Assembly: GCA_030390025.1 (NCBI GenBank)
Contig: CM059431.1
Coordinates: 122,762,001 to 122,826,000, forward strand
DNA length: 64,000 nt
Reading direction: 5' to 3'
DNA from: Squalus acanthias
Lineage: Eukaryota
The notes under the pieces were generated by a model that was not told where the DNA came from, ran no database searches, and saw only the letters and a program-made list of their open reading frames with translations. The translations under genes were made by a program, and so were the position numbers. Every line of letters begins with the position of its first letter. Within the stretch, counting starts at the first letter, position 1. Of the stretch, positions 1 through 10,849 are shown piece by piece.

Positions 1-959
1 ATGTGAAGAGGGGAAGATCATGAAAGCCATTGAGGGGCATCGATTCAGGCAGCATCCGACCAGAAATGTCCAGAAGAGTGAGATGGGGAGAATAGGATAG
101 TCTGGTGTTTGAGAGGACAACAAGATAGATTAATTGACAAATGAACAACAAAAGTCGTTATAGCAGAGATACCAATTAGTCATCTTTCTGAGCTCATGCA
201 TAGCTATTAACAAAATAATATTACATTCGACTTTGTTTATTTTTGAAAAAAGTGTTTTTGCCATGCAAATACATATTTGCAGCAAGTGCTCTGATTCTGC
301 TGTTCCATATCACGTGCATGGGCAGCCTGATCCTGTACCTTGACATCTATATGAGCAGGCAAAGGAGGGGGATGACTAGAAAAATCACATGAGTGGGCAC
401 CAGGAGACAGGATGATATCATGAACTCAGACTCTATGAATATCGAAAAATGACAGACAGAAAAAGACCCACTGGTCCATCTAACCTGTCAAATAAATCCT
501 GGATCCTGCATATGAGTGCCCACTGATCAGCAGGAGTGCAGACCTGATGGTAATCAATTAGATCTTGCAGACCCTGTCACCCCAAAGTACTTGCAAGCAC
601 CTTTATATTACTTCTCTCCAAATATTTGCCCAAGGACAGAAGGCTGGTCATCAAAGTATGCACTCTGGGTGAACTCACTTGTCTGGAGGCTTCCCTACCA
701 GGGAGGGTAGATATAAAAAATTGTGGTGCCACTACCGCTCCAGGTAGTACTGCATTGTGTTGAAACCTTCCCAAATATTGGCACTAAGGATGGCATCAGA
801 CTTCAGCATAACTCTTGTCATCTGTCCCACCATGGCTGAGATAGTAATCAGTGTCTCCACATGAGTATGGATGCTTATGAAGCATCCTTCTTTTTTGAGC
901 AAGACACCAGATCTCTGAGACCACAGGCATGGGAGTGACTTCTACAGAGCTACTCCCCA

Positions 960-1445
960 TGGTCAGATTCCACTTTCATTTCTGCAATGCTGCCGTTGCC
1001 TGTCTTCCTGCCTCCATCCTCCATAAACTACAACTTATCCAAACACATGTCTTCATCCACACCAAGGCCTCCACACCAAGGCCTGCATACCTATCATTAA
1101 GCCTCCACTGGTTCCCCATGCCCCAGTGAATTAACTTCAAAATCTTTGCTTTTAGCATTACATTTTCCCATGCCTTTGCCCCGCCCTATCTTCTCCAACC
1201 ATATCTTCCTGTGCTTGCCCTTCATTCTTCCAAAACCAACTTACTTCTTATTCCTTGCTCACTCCACTCCATCACCTTCACTCTCTGGATCTCCCTCCCT
1301 TAGCACATTCACCTAATCAACCCCATCCCTGCTTTCAAAAAAAATCCTGAAGGCCCTCCTCTTTGATTGTGGTTTAGCCACCCCACACCTCGCCCCCAAC
1401 CTTCTTTACCTGCTCTCCTTCCTGCTCAGTATCTATCAACACTCT
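960..1445 (+). mobile_element. Old L2-type LINE 3' fragment; continues at ~4128-4207 after the Harbinger insertion
   Basis: Degenerate L2 ORF2-end motif (ccactggttcccc...aattaacttcaaaatc). The sequence after 4127 resembles the L2 tail (gtaaaacactttgagac...tatagaaatg...tgttgttg), compare 46031-46093. Confidence 0.5.
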
Positions 1446-1931
1446 GGGTTTAGAAATTGGGTACCTAGCGACTCCAGTTCATGCCTCCGGGGGGTGCTAA
1501 CAGGGCGCTAACGACTTACTGCCTGGGCATGGCGATGTTAGCGCCGCTGGGGAAATTCAGCTGGCTGTTTGCGGTGGCACGAACCATGCCCGCCTGCGGG
1601 CGGAGATCGTGATGTCATCCGGCCGCACATCGCCCCGGTAGCACTCCAGACCAGAAATTCATTTTCGCCCCCTGCCTCAGCGACTGCCGTTAGGAACGAC
1701 AGGTAGAGGAGGCGGTTTGCGGTCAGCTGGGAGTTGCAGGAACTCTATTTAAAGGTGTGAACTTCCAGGTTTCTTTTTAGTCAGTAAACAATGCTGCCTT
1801 GTCAGTTTGACAGAAGCAGACAAGCGTTTTGACCCATTTGAGCTTTTATTACTTGAAGAAGTTTTGCTCCTCAGAAAAATCTATCACTTTCATTTGGGTT
1901 ACATTTGATAGTGCAACATTTCCAACACTTA

Positions 1932-3082
1932 ACGGGGCTGTACTAGTACTGGACCTCGCCCTCCAGCGTCAACATCGGAGGCAGCGGGGGCAGAGAGAAA
2001 GATTGGAAAACGTGGCCAGAGGGAGGACGGCCAACAGGGCTCTCAACAGGAAGCCTTACCCTCCCAGGGTATTCCGGGAGCAGTTCTCCTACATTCATCT
2101 CTCAGAGGAGCAGTGCTTTAGAAGGCTCCGCTTCAGCAAGGAGGTGGTCACAGAGCTTTGCCACCTCCTGCAGCCAGACCTCCAGCCTCAGATCAGGACC
2201 AGGCCATCTCTCTCAGTGGCAGTGAAGGTCACAGTCGCTCTCAATTTCTACGCCATCAGCTCCTTCCAGGCTTGAACAGGGGATATTGCAAACATTTTGC
2301 AGTTCGCCATCCATTGCTGCAGCCAGGAGGTGACAGATGCTCTGTACAGAAGGAGAAGGCAGTATATCTCATTCCCCATGACCAGGGAGAAACAAGATGA
2401 ATCCTCATGTAGTTTTGCAAGGATAGCAGGCTTCCCCAGGGTTCAGGGCGCCAGTGACTGCACCCATGTGGCATTGCGGGCACCTCATCACAATGCACAG
2501 GTCTTCCGTAACCACAAAGGCTACCACTTTCTGAACGCTCAGTTGGTGTGCGACCACAGACAGCGCATCCTCGCCGTCAATGCCCGCTATCCTGGCAGCA
2601 GTCACGATGCATTCATCCTCCGTGAGACCGGTGTCCCAGCACTGTTCAACCCACCATGTAAAGGTCACGGCTGGCTGCTCGGAGACATTGGTTATCCACT
2701 CGCCACCTGGCTGATGACACCCCTCCGCAACCCCAACACACCTGCTCAGCACACATACAATTACAGTCATACCGCCCCCAGGAACCTGATCGAACAGACT
2801 ATCGGGTGTGCTAAAGCAATGGTTCCGCTGCCTTGACCACTTGGAGAAGCCCTGCAGTATTCCCCTGATCGAGTCTCCCTTTTCATCGTTGTGTGCTGCA
2901 TGCTGCACAACCTGGCCATTCTGAGGGCCCAGCCACTGCCACCAGGGATTGCAGGTCCACCTCAGGAGGAGGAAGAATGACAGGAGGAGGAGGAGGAGGA
3001 GCAGCATCAACGTAGGGGGGAGCCACTCAATGTTGCTTCTGCAAGGGCCCTTCATGATCGCCTCATTACACAGCGCTTCTAA
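1932..3082 (+). pseudogene. Harbinger (HARBI1-like, DDE_Tnp_4) transposase pseudogene
   Basis: ORFs 1829-2275 and 2297-2836 give EEQCFRRLRFSKE, GFPRVQGASDCTHV, YPGSSHDAFIL, WLLGDIGYP, RNLIEQTIG, and downstream CCMLHNLAI. Start codon is ACG (ATG in the 43525 copy); internal stop at ~2273 plus frameshifts. Confidence 0.92.
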
Positions 3083-3380
3083 TAAATGAGATAGCACATT
3101 GCGCAGAACAACCACAACATTACAGCCAGCTCGCAGCCTGATCACTGGGCAAAGCTCAAATGAGAAACATCACTAAATTTGCTACGTCAAATTAAAAATG
3201 TATCATTGTGCACAACTCTCTCTTATCAAACACAACCAATAATAAACAAACACAACAATTTATCAACAAACACAACTCTTTCTTAGCAAACTGAACTATT
3301 TGTTACCAAACTGAACAATATATTTACAAACACATCAAATTATTTACAGACACTCCCTCCATTTGCTAATAACATATTAT

Positions 3381-3900
3381 TTACTCACCCTCCTTCAATG
3401 ATTTCCCTCCCCTTTGCAATTCCCCCCTCCCAACCCTACTGCTCCTCTGTAATGTGGCCCCAGTGGCTGCAGCAAGGCTGGAGGAAGGCTGCTGAGTCTG
3501 GGAGCCAGAGACTGCAGATGGCCTTGCAGGACGCCCTCGACCAGCTCTGGACCCTGGAAAGCCCGGCTGCAGACTGCACCAACTCTGCATGTGTGGCAGC
3601 AGTCTGGGATGGCTGGGTTACAGGCTGCGGCAAGTGCAATGGCGGAGTGGCAGTGGTGGGAGCAGGAATGCTGTCATCCTGAGAGAGGACAGCACCTTCC
3701 TGCTCGACCGCCACACTGCCACTCCCTCAGGGCAGAACCTTAGCATCCGGAGCAATCTGCTCGAGCACAGATTGCTGGCCTGCTGTGGCACCGTGAGATG
3801 CCCGGTGGACTGTGGACAACACAGCGATGATGGCAGCAGTCAGCGATTGCGTGGCATCAATCTGAGACTGCATGGAAGGCGCCAGTCTGTCTGAGTACTT
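3381..3900 (-). pseudogene. 3' remnant (last exon) of Harbinger Myb/SANT-like accessory gene
   Basis: Translation AVLSQDDSIPAPTTATPP...PSAVSGSQTQQPSSSLAAATG matches the last-exon sequence at ~60390-60560 and 20190-20420; convergent with the transposase. Confidence 0.7.
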
Positions 3901-4897
3901 GTAATTGACAGCGCCTGAGCTTGAGTAGCGCACTGCAGTAGCACCCCGCTCACCTACGTTGGAGCCTTAAGAGAGTGTGTAGCACTTGATTTAGTGCTCC
4001 ACTTCTCTATTGGGGCGCTAAAACTGAATTTCGCAGTCGCCAGCGCAAATTTAGCGGCGGGTGCTAAAGTTAGCGCCCAGGCAATGTTAGCGTCCCACAA
4101 TGGTCGATACTGAATTTTTCCCCCTCTATCTCTGCCCTGTAAACACTTTGAGACATCTCTTTGTATGTGAGGAGCAGTATAGAAATGTCGGTAGCTGCTG
4201 TTGTTGTAGTAACATCTGCAGTGGAGACATCACTTGTGCAGATCATTAGCACAGTAGCAGCAGCTGTCACGAATGCTTCCACTGATGTACGAGAATTTTG
4301 CGATGCAGTCACTAAGATGCAGTCATGGTTGGCTTCATCTTGTTTAGAGCACAATTACAAGTAAGCAGTGTGGGGGATCTCAAAGATAGCCACCGTTCTA
4401 TTCTTACGAAGGTCAATGGGCTTCATGAAGAGGTGCTTTCCACCAGTATCATGTCCGAAAGAAAGTAGCAGTGTCCAATTACTAAGCTGGAAAATATGGG
4501 CCATGTGACCCTTGCACATTTATCTCCATACCTATATGTCTGGTCTGCTGCTGCTTCTTGCTGAGGTGTATATATTATGGGTGGGGTTAAATTTGATAAG
4601 ACATGAAAACGGGCACGAGGATCGCGATGCTCGATCTGCCCGCGCCCGTTGAAAGTAATGCAGGCAGCACTCGAAATCTGTGCTGCCTGCTCATTAACAT
4701 GATTGAAGCAGTGAGCCCAGCACTGAACACGCTGCTGGTTGGCTCAGCGCTCAGCAGGGGCCCAATGTCATGCGAAGTCTGATCTGTATTTAAAGGTTGC
4801 CTACAGAGTGAAAATCTGTCTGCACTTCTTAAAAGGGAGGTGCTTTGTGAAAGAAGTACCTCATTCTGAGTGGAGATAAGCAAAGGGGAAGTTAGCA

Positions 4898-5960
4898 ATG
4901 TTGCAACAGGGCAGAGAAGGGGCACATTGTTTCTCTGACGCAGCACTGGCGGCCTTGGTGCAGGGGACCGATAGGAGGAGACAGGTCCTCTTCCCGCAGA
5001 GGGCAAGGAGGCCTTCCAGACAGACTGTACGAAGGCAGTGGGAGGAGATCACTGAAGCGGTCAGTGCCACCAGTCTTTCCCCCAGGGCCTGGGGGAAAGA
5101 CTGGTGGCACTGACAAAGTCAGTGAATGCATCTTCAAATGCCGTATCCCACCAAATGCACCACAAGCTTCACACACTGCTTAATGCACCACACCCCCATC
5201 ACTCACCTATCAACAATCTCTAGCAATCACAACCCATACCTCACAATCATAGCTTCACCTCACCCTCATACACTTACCACTGTTGCAAGCCTCACGCACA
5301 CATCTCACACCTTGCACACAATGCCAGGTATTCAACTATGACAGGCGCATCACCCAAACACATTGCACTGCACTCACTGACACAATTACCTTTCTCTTGC
5401 AGGCCAAAATGGCTTATAACCGGCGCCAGCAGGAGCTAACAGGCACGGCTGCAGAATCTGACCCAGCTGGAGGAGACGGTTCTGGATATGACTCTATAAT
5501 TGGAGGGGCTGTCATTGAGACCGTGGCAATCGGCGAGGCTGAAAGCATTGATGATGACGGTATGCTCATATCTAATCCTTCTTCTCACATCCCACTTCCC
5601 CCTCATCCCACAATCACTTACTTGCAAGCTGCTGATGGTGTAAGCATGCAGATCTTGTGCCTTCTGAGGAAGGGTCATCGACCTGAAACGTTAACTCTGT
5701 TTCTCTCTCCACAAATGCTGCCTGACCTGCTGAGTATTTCCAGCATTTTCTGTTTTTATTTCAGATCTTGTGCCTTTCTCCTTTCAGATACCCAAGAACT
5801 TCAACCAGCCCAGCCTGTGCATGAAGAAGTAGAGGAGGAGAGTGATAGAGAAGAAGAGACACCATCAATCGATCTGACATTTCCAGGCACCAGCTCAGAA
5901 AATGGAACAGTGCAAATTTTAGAGGGTAGTATAGAGGCGGGATCTGCACGAGGTGCTGGA
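4898..5960 (+). pseudogene. Spliced Myb/SANT-like DNA-binding gene of Harbinger (exon1 4898-5117, exon2 5403-5559, exon3 from 5788, truncated)
   Basis: Exon1 MLQQGREGAHCFSDAALAALVQG..LFP..RRQWEEITEAVSA..R fits the Myb_DNA-bind_5/MSANTD pattern (FS..L..V..LF..W..I..V). GT-AG introns at 5118-5402 and 5560-5787; exon2/3 join is in phase (GAC G|AT ACC); acidic exon 3. Confidence 0.8.
5662..5765 (+). repeat. Penelope-like element 3' terminal module inserted in intron 2 of the Myb-like gene
   Basis: Near-identical to 41094-41190, the end of the Penelope copy; bracketed by the direct repeat cagatcttgtgcctt at 5649-5663 and 5762-5776. Confidence 0.8.
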
Positions 5961-6018
5961 CATTGGAAGATGTTGGCTGTTACTGGAAGGCCTCTGAGTA
6001 CACCACTTGCTCCCAGTC

Positions 6019-6845
6019 ATGGGGACTCAACTTCCAGTCCCCCTCGCGCTGCAGCATGACAGGGAGATGGAGCAGAGGCAGCAAAGACAAGCTGCTCACA
6101 GAGGGAGGAGGAGGAGGGGCAGGAGAGCTCTCAGCAGGTCTTACCCACCTAGGGTCTTCAGGGAGCACTTCTCCTACCTGCACCTAAGCCAGGAGCAGTG
6201 TGTTCATAAGAACATAAGAAATAGGTGCAGGAGTAGGCCATTTGGCCCCTCGAGCCTGCTCCGCTATTTAATGAGATCATGGCTGATCCACTTTACCAAG
6301 GAGGTGGTTACAGAACTCTACCACCTCTTGGAACCAGACCTGCAGCCTCAGAGAAGGGCGATGACAGCTCTGCCAATGGCCCTCAAGTTACTGTGGACCT
6401 GATTTTTTTCACCAGTGGATCCTTCCAAGCTGGAACAGATGACATAGCAAACATCTTGCAGTTCGCTGTCCATCGCTGAATCCGGGAGGTCACAGAGGCT
6501 CTGTATTCGAGGAGAAGGGACTTCATTGTCTTCTCTCTAAGCATAGAAAAGCAGGAGGAGCAAGCATGTGGCTTTGCGTGCGCTGCATCTCAATGCTGAG
6601 ATGTACTGTAACCGCAAAGCCTACCACTCACTTAATGTGCAGTTGGTGTGCGACCACGTCCAGCACATCATGATGGTGAATGCCCGGTACCCTGGCAGCA
6701 GTCATGATGCCTTCATCACGCGCCAGTCCACTGTGCCAGCAATCTTCCAGTCACCACGTTGAACCTTGCTGCTAGGCAACAAGGGCTATCCGCTCTACAC
6801 CTGGCTGATGACCCCCCTCCACAACACCACCACTCGTGGCCAGCG
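6019..6845 (+). pseudogene. Harbinger transposase pseudogene (family B), interrupted and 3'-truncated
   Basis: MGTQLPVPLALQHD..YPPRVFREHFSYLHLSQEQC..FTKEVVTEL..; NRKAYHSLNVQLVCDH..YPGSSHDAFI; LLGNKGYPLYTWLMTP. Confidence 0.88.
6205..6288 (-). repeat. CR1 LINE 3' tail fragment inserted in the transposase
   Basis: cataagaacataagaaatagg..gtaggccatt..cctcgagcctgctcc..gagatcatggctgatc is the reverse of the CR1 3'UTR with (TTCTTATG)n tail seen at 50710-50795. Confidence 0.85.
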
Positions 6846-7908
6846 AGGCAGCCACCATTTTTTTCTCCATACCAGCCTTAACTGCCAGCAACAAGGTGCT
6901 GAATTTCATGGCCTGAGTGTCAGGGACCTTCTTAATTTTGCTCTGCAGGGCAAAGTGACTGACTTTGGGCTTACAATTAATGCTGTGACATAAAAGTTGA
7001 AGGCAGTGGTAGACTTCACTGCTTCTGGTTGTTAATAATTAATATTGGGGAATGTTAATTGTTTGTATTTCTTAACAGAGATACACCATCCTCAATTGCA
7101 GCTCCATGGTGAGTCTGAGCCTTATTATGTACTGTTCCTTTGCCATGCTGATTGTTCTGCTGCACCTGCTGCCTAAGGTAGTTCTTGCTGTGTGTCTTGC
7201 TCTGTGTTCCCAAAACTACCCTATCCGTCTCCTTTTCTTCCTCTAGTGAAATACAGCTGCCAACGGCCAGTATGCTAATACTCTCAGAGAGAATATCATG
7301 TGTACTATTCGCAACTTTCACTGCTGTGGTGTTACTTTGAAATCTTCCCTTCATTAAACACAGTAAAGTCAGGTCTGACCTGAAGTAAAATGCTCACTTC
7401 CTGATCTAATTCTGCAGCTGCCGAATGTCGTACAACTTCATTGTTAATTAACATTAACAAGGCTTTTAATGAATTAAACTGGACTTCTTTCACCTTTCTT
7501 CATTTCGTACTTCTTTCTTGTAAGGTAGAAATGTTCAGAGCAGCACGAGCACAGTCAAATAATTTGTTGGTCCTTTCTCACAACATTCTGCCATTCTTTA
7601 CGCTCTTGCACTTTATTGCTAAGATTAGCAAAGCCAGGAATCTTAGTTCACGGAGCTTTGAGCTTTAAATGTAGCTTCATGGCTACATCTTGTTATAGCA
7701 TATAGAGGGGCAGTAATTCAAAACTATTCAAAACAATCAGAAAAAAATGTCATTAGTTTGACAGTTTATCTTAAACGTGTGCTAATCCAATAATTCATAA
7801 ACTAGTGCTGATGGAGGACTTCAACAAGCCCAACATAATCTGGGAATGTCTAAGAGGGAAAGACTTTGAGCTGGTCAATATAGTGTATGACTGCTACCTG
7901 ACTCAATA

Positions 7909-8591
7909 GGGTCGATTTCACCCGTGAGAAGGACTGGCGTATGGGGGATGAGGCAGGCAGGTAACAATCTGGCCCTCTGCAGTGTGAGGTCCAGGATATT
8001 TTAACTCCCGGGCCTCATCTGCATCCTTGCAGTCAGTCTCCAGCCCAATCCCAGTCGGAATCACGAAGTGGCAGCAGGCGAGAATGGGAATTTCAGGCGG
8101 CTGGAGGTCGCTGTTGGGGACCTGAGGGAAAGGTCCCTTGGAACTAAGGTAAATAGTCTGGAGAGAGGGGTGGGGAAGGTGGGTGCAGGGGGCAGGAGGG
8201 CATCGTGGTCAGGGGAGGGGTGGAAGCCTGGGAAAGTGGAGGCCCAAGGTTTCCTCCTGCCCCTCCTGGCCCACAAGAAAACTATAAAAAGTCAAAATAA
8301 ACGTGCCTTTCTGGGCTTCTTCTGGCCCTGTCACCTCTTTCCTGTCAGGTTTGGCCTGGAGGGTAAACCACCACCGTTTCTCCACACGGGTCTCAGATTA
8401 AGATTGCAGTCAAGCCCAGATGAGGTTATCAAAACCCAAATTACCCAACAGCACAGTCATGTGACCAATCACTAATCCAGTATAAAACTTCAGGAGGCAC
8501 ATTTCAGCAGCATGAGGAGAGAATGTGGTAACATTGCAGAAGGATCCCACTGCCTTCTGGCCAGTGTCCCTCTTGCCTGTTAAATTGGGCC
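7909..8591. mobile_element. Probable Harbinger-type MITE
   Basis: Imperfect TIRs gggtcgattt ... aaattgggcc; flanks ata/atg; non-coding interior. Confidence 0.45.
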
Positions 8592-9054
8592 ATGGGAAGG
8601 CACGAGGATTGGAGGGGTTAAGTCACATGGGACATTTGAACTGTAATACAGTATACAACTTCAGGAGGCACATAGGCAGTAGGCAAGAATAAAGCTGTTG
8701 AGCACAAATGGAGGTACGTGGAAGATGCAGGACCACTACATCTGTAAGAACAGCAAGGCAAAACTAGCAAAGCTCCAACATGGATAATTAAAAGGGAGAT
8801 TAGAGAAAACATGATTTACAAAGCTTTTAGAGGACAAGGAAGAAATGATCACTTAGCTGAGTGAAAGATTATACAGAAGCAGAGAGCCAAGGAAAAAAAT
8901 GGACCTTGACAGTGCATCATCCAACATCAAACACATGTCAGATTTGGTCAGGGACTTTGATGTTAGTGAAGCAGAGGTTTTTTGACAGACTGAAAGGGAT
9001 TTAAAAAAAAACAATAATTCCCCCCAGGACATATGACCTAAATTTGACAAAGTT

Positions 9055-10215
9055 GGTAGCACTCTCCCCTCTAAGTCAGAAAGCTGCGAATTCAAGCCTG
9101 ATTCTAAATCATCATCGCTAATCTAGGCTGACATTTCAGTGCAATAATTAAGTATGTTACATTGTCAGAGGAGAGGTTAAATGGAGGCCCACTCTGTGTG
9201 ATCTAAGAGCAATCCTACGGCAATATTTGAAGAAGTCCTTTTAGTCCTTTGGCCAACATTCCTCCCACAACCAACATCACTAAAAACACAATGGGCCGGA
9301 TATTCCGATCCCTACGGGTGGGTACGCGCTGTGTACTCACCCGTAGGGACATTGAAAATGCCAGTTTCAGGCATGCACTGCGCATGCGCTGGAAACCGGC
9401 ATTTCCGATCTGTCAAGAAAGCTCTTGACAGATCCTTCGGCTGCCCGGGAGAAGGGCCTCTGCAGACGGATAGTTCCACTTTTTGGAGACCCTCCGCCCG
9501 CAGAAAACACTTACAATTCTTGCGCCTGGTAAAAGCAAGCATAAGGCCCGCTATTATCAGGATAAGAGTTGAAAAAAGTAAAAAAAAAATAAAAAAAAAA
9601 TTTTCCACTGATTTATCATTTAAAAATACTTTTAAAAAAGGTAAGTTTATTTTGAGCCCCTTTAAAAACTTTAATTATTTTTTTCAAAAATTTAAATTTT
9701 TGTTTAAAATAGTTAATTTATGTAATTTCAAGTCATTTTAAAAATGGGATTTAAAAAAAAATGTATTTGAAGTTTTACTATGTTTTGGGGGTGATCTCCA
9801 TTCATATAATTGACAGGTCTCCCTGTCAAATGTATGAAGGGAGATTCCCTTCTCTGATTGGCTCCCCATGGCCCACGTGATCCCAGGGACGCTTCGAACT
9901 ACCTGCGCCTCTGGGATACGTGGGCCCTGCGCACTGGCAGTTTGGAGAGGCCCAGCAGCAGAACTGTGCACCTCCCGGGAGCCCTCAGGTAAGGGCACAG
10001 ATTTTTCCAGATCGCAGCCCTCCGCCCGCGGGAGGCCTGCAATCAGAATATCAGGGCCATTAACTGGTCATTCACCGTAATGCTGTGCATAAAATTGCTG
10101 TTGAATTTACTTATGTAACAACAATTATTCCCTTCTAAGCAATTCATTGTACTTGAAGCACACTGAAGTGTGTCTGAGAGATGTGACAAGATGCTATAGA
10201 AATGCAAGTCTTTCT
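9055..10215 (+). mobile_element. SacSINE1-like DeuSINE (old copy), split by the MITE at 9293-10058
   Basis: tRNA-like head (ggtagcactctc..taagtcagaa..ttcaagcc), Deu-like core and L2-like tail (gctatagaaatgcaagtctttc); collinear with the reverse complement of 38104-38548. Confidence 0.75.
9293..10058. mobile_element. Harbinger-type MITE
   Basis: 17-bp imperfect TIRs gggccggatattccgat / atcagaatatcagggcc; flanks aat/att; cleanly interrupts a SINE. Confidence 0.8.
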
Positions 10216-10497
10216 GTAGCTATACCTCAAGGTACTTAGTGCAATAAGGGAAGAGAATTATGAAGCACTGATGGTGATTTTAAGGACATCAAAATATACT
10301 GGAAAGGTTCAGATAGGCTAGAAGGTTTCATACTCAAGAAAGCAACAGAGCTGTAATGAAATGGAATGAAATCAATGGTCAGAAACAAAATAGAAGAATA
10401 TGACATCCAACATACCTTCAGAAGTGGTAAATCTTGGCTGACCAACCTCAGAGAAAATTTTAGGCAGTGACAACCTAAATTGAAAAGGAAAGCCATA

Positions 10498-10845
10498 AAA
10501 CATAAGAACATAAGAAATAGGAGCAAGAGTAGGCCATTCAGCCCTTTGAGCCTGCTCTGCCATTCAATAAGATCATGGCTGATCTTCTACCTCAACTCCA
10601 CCTACCCGCAGTATCCCCATATCCCTTAATTCCCTTAATATCCAAAATCTATTGATCTCTGTCTTGAATATACTCATCGACTGAGCATCCACAGCCCTCT
10701 GGGGTAGAAAATTCCAAAGATTCACAACCCATTGAGTGAAGAAATTTCTCCTCATTTCAGTCCTAAATGGTCAACCCCTTATTCTGAGACTGTGACCCCC
10801 TAGTTCTAGACTCCCCAGCCAGGGGAAACATCCCCCCAGCATCTA
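10498..10845 (-). mobile_element. CR1 LINE 3' fragment
   Basis: ORF 10573-10755 MRRNFFTQWVVNLWNFLPQRAV is a CR1 ORF2 C-terminus; 3'UTR and octamer tail present. Confidence 0.9.
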
Positions 10846-10849
10846 TGAT

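Larger units (their letters stand above)
1446..4124 (+). mobile_element. PIF/Harbinger DNA transposon, family A (internally deleted)
   Basis: Termini gggtttagaaatt ... aatttttccccc; TCT TSD at 1443-1445 and 4125-4127; carries a transposase (+) and a convergent Myb-like gene remnant (-). Confidence 0.9.
4582..6913 (+). mobile_element. PIF/Harbinger transposon, family B, rearranged (internal inversion and deletion)
   Basis: Left end tggggttaaatttgataag resembles 15545 (gggggtgaaattcgataag). Right end ...gaatttcatggcc resembles 17731 and 62457. Contains Myb-like and transposase remnants; TSD not clean. Confidence 0.8.

Noticed and set aside
660..950. LF-SINE-like element
   Set aside because: Only a short attggcactaa match; not enough to call.
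2405..3145. 246-aa minus-strand ORF (similarly 43801-44115 and 61302-61604)
   Set aside because: Antisense shadow of the transposase coding sequence.
5283..6059. 258-aa ORF as a novel protein
   Set aside because: Chance read-through of Myb-like introns, a Penelope fragment and an inversion junction.
7055..7354. 99-aa ORF as a host exon
   Set aside because: No recognisable domain or convincing splice-site pair.
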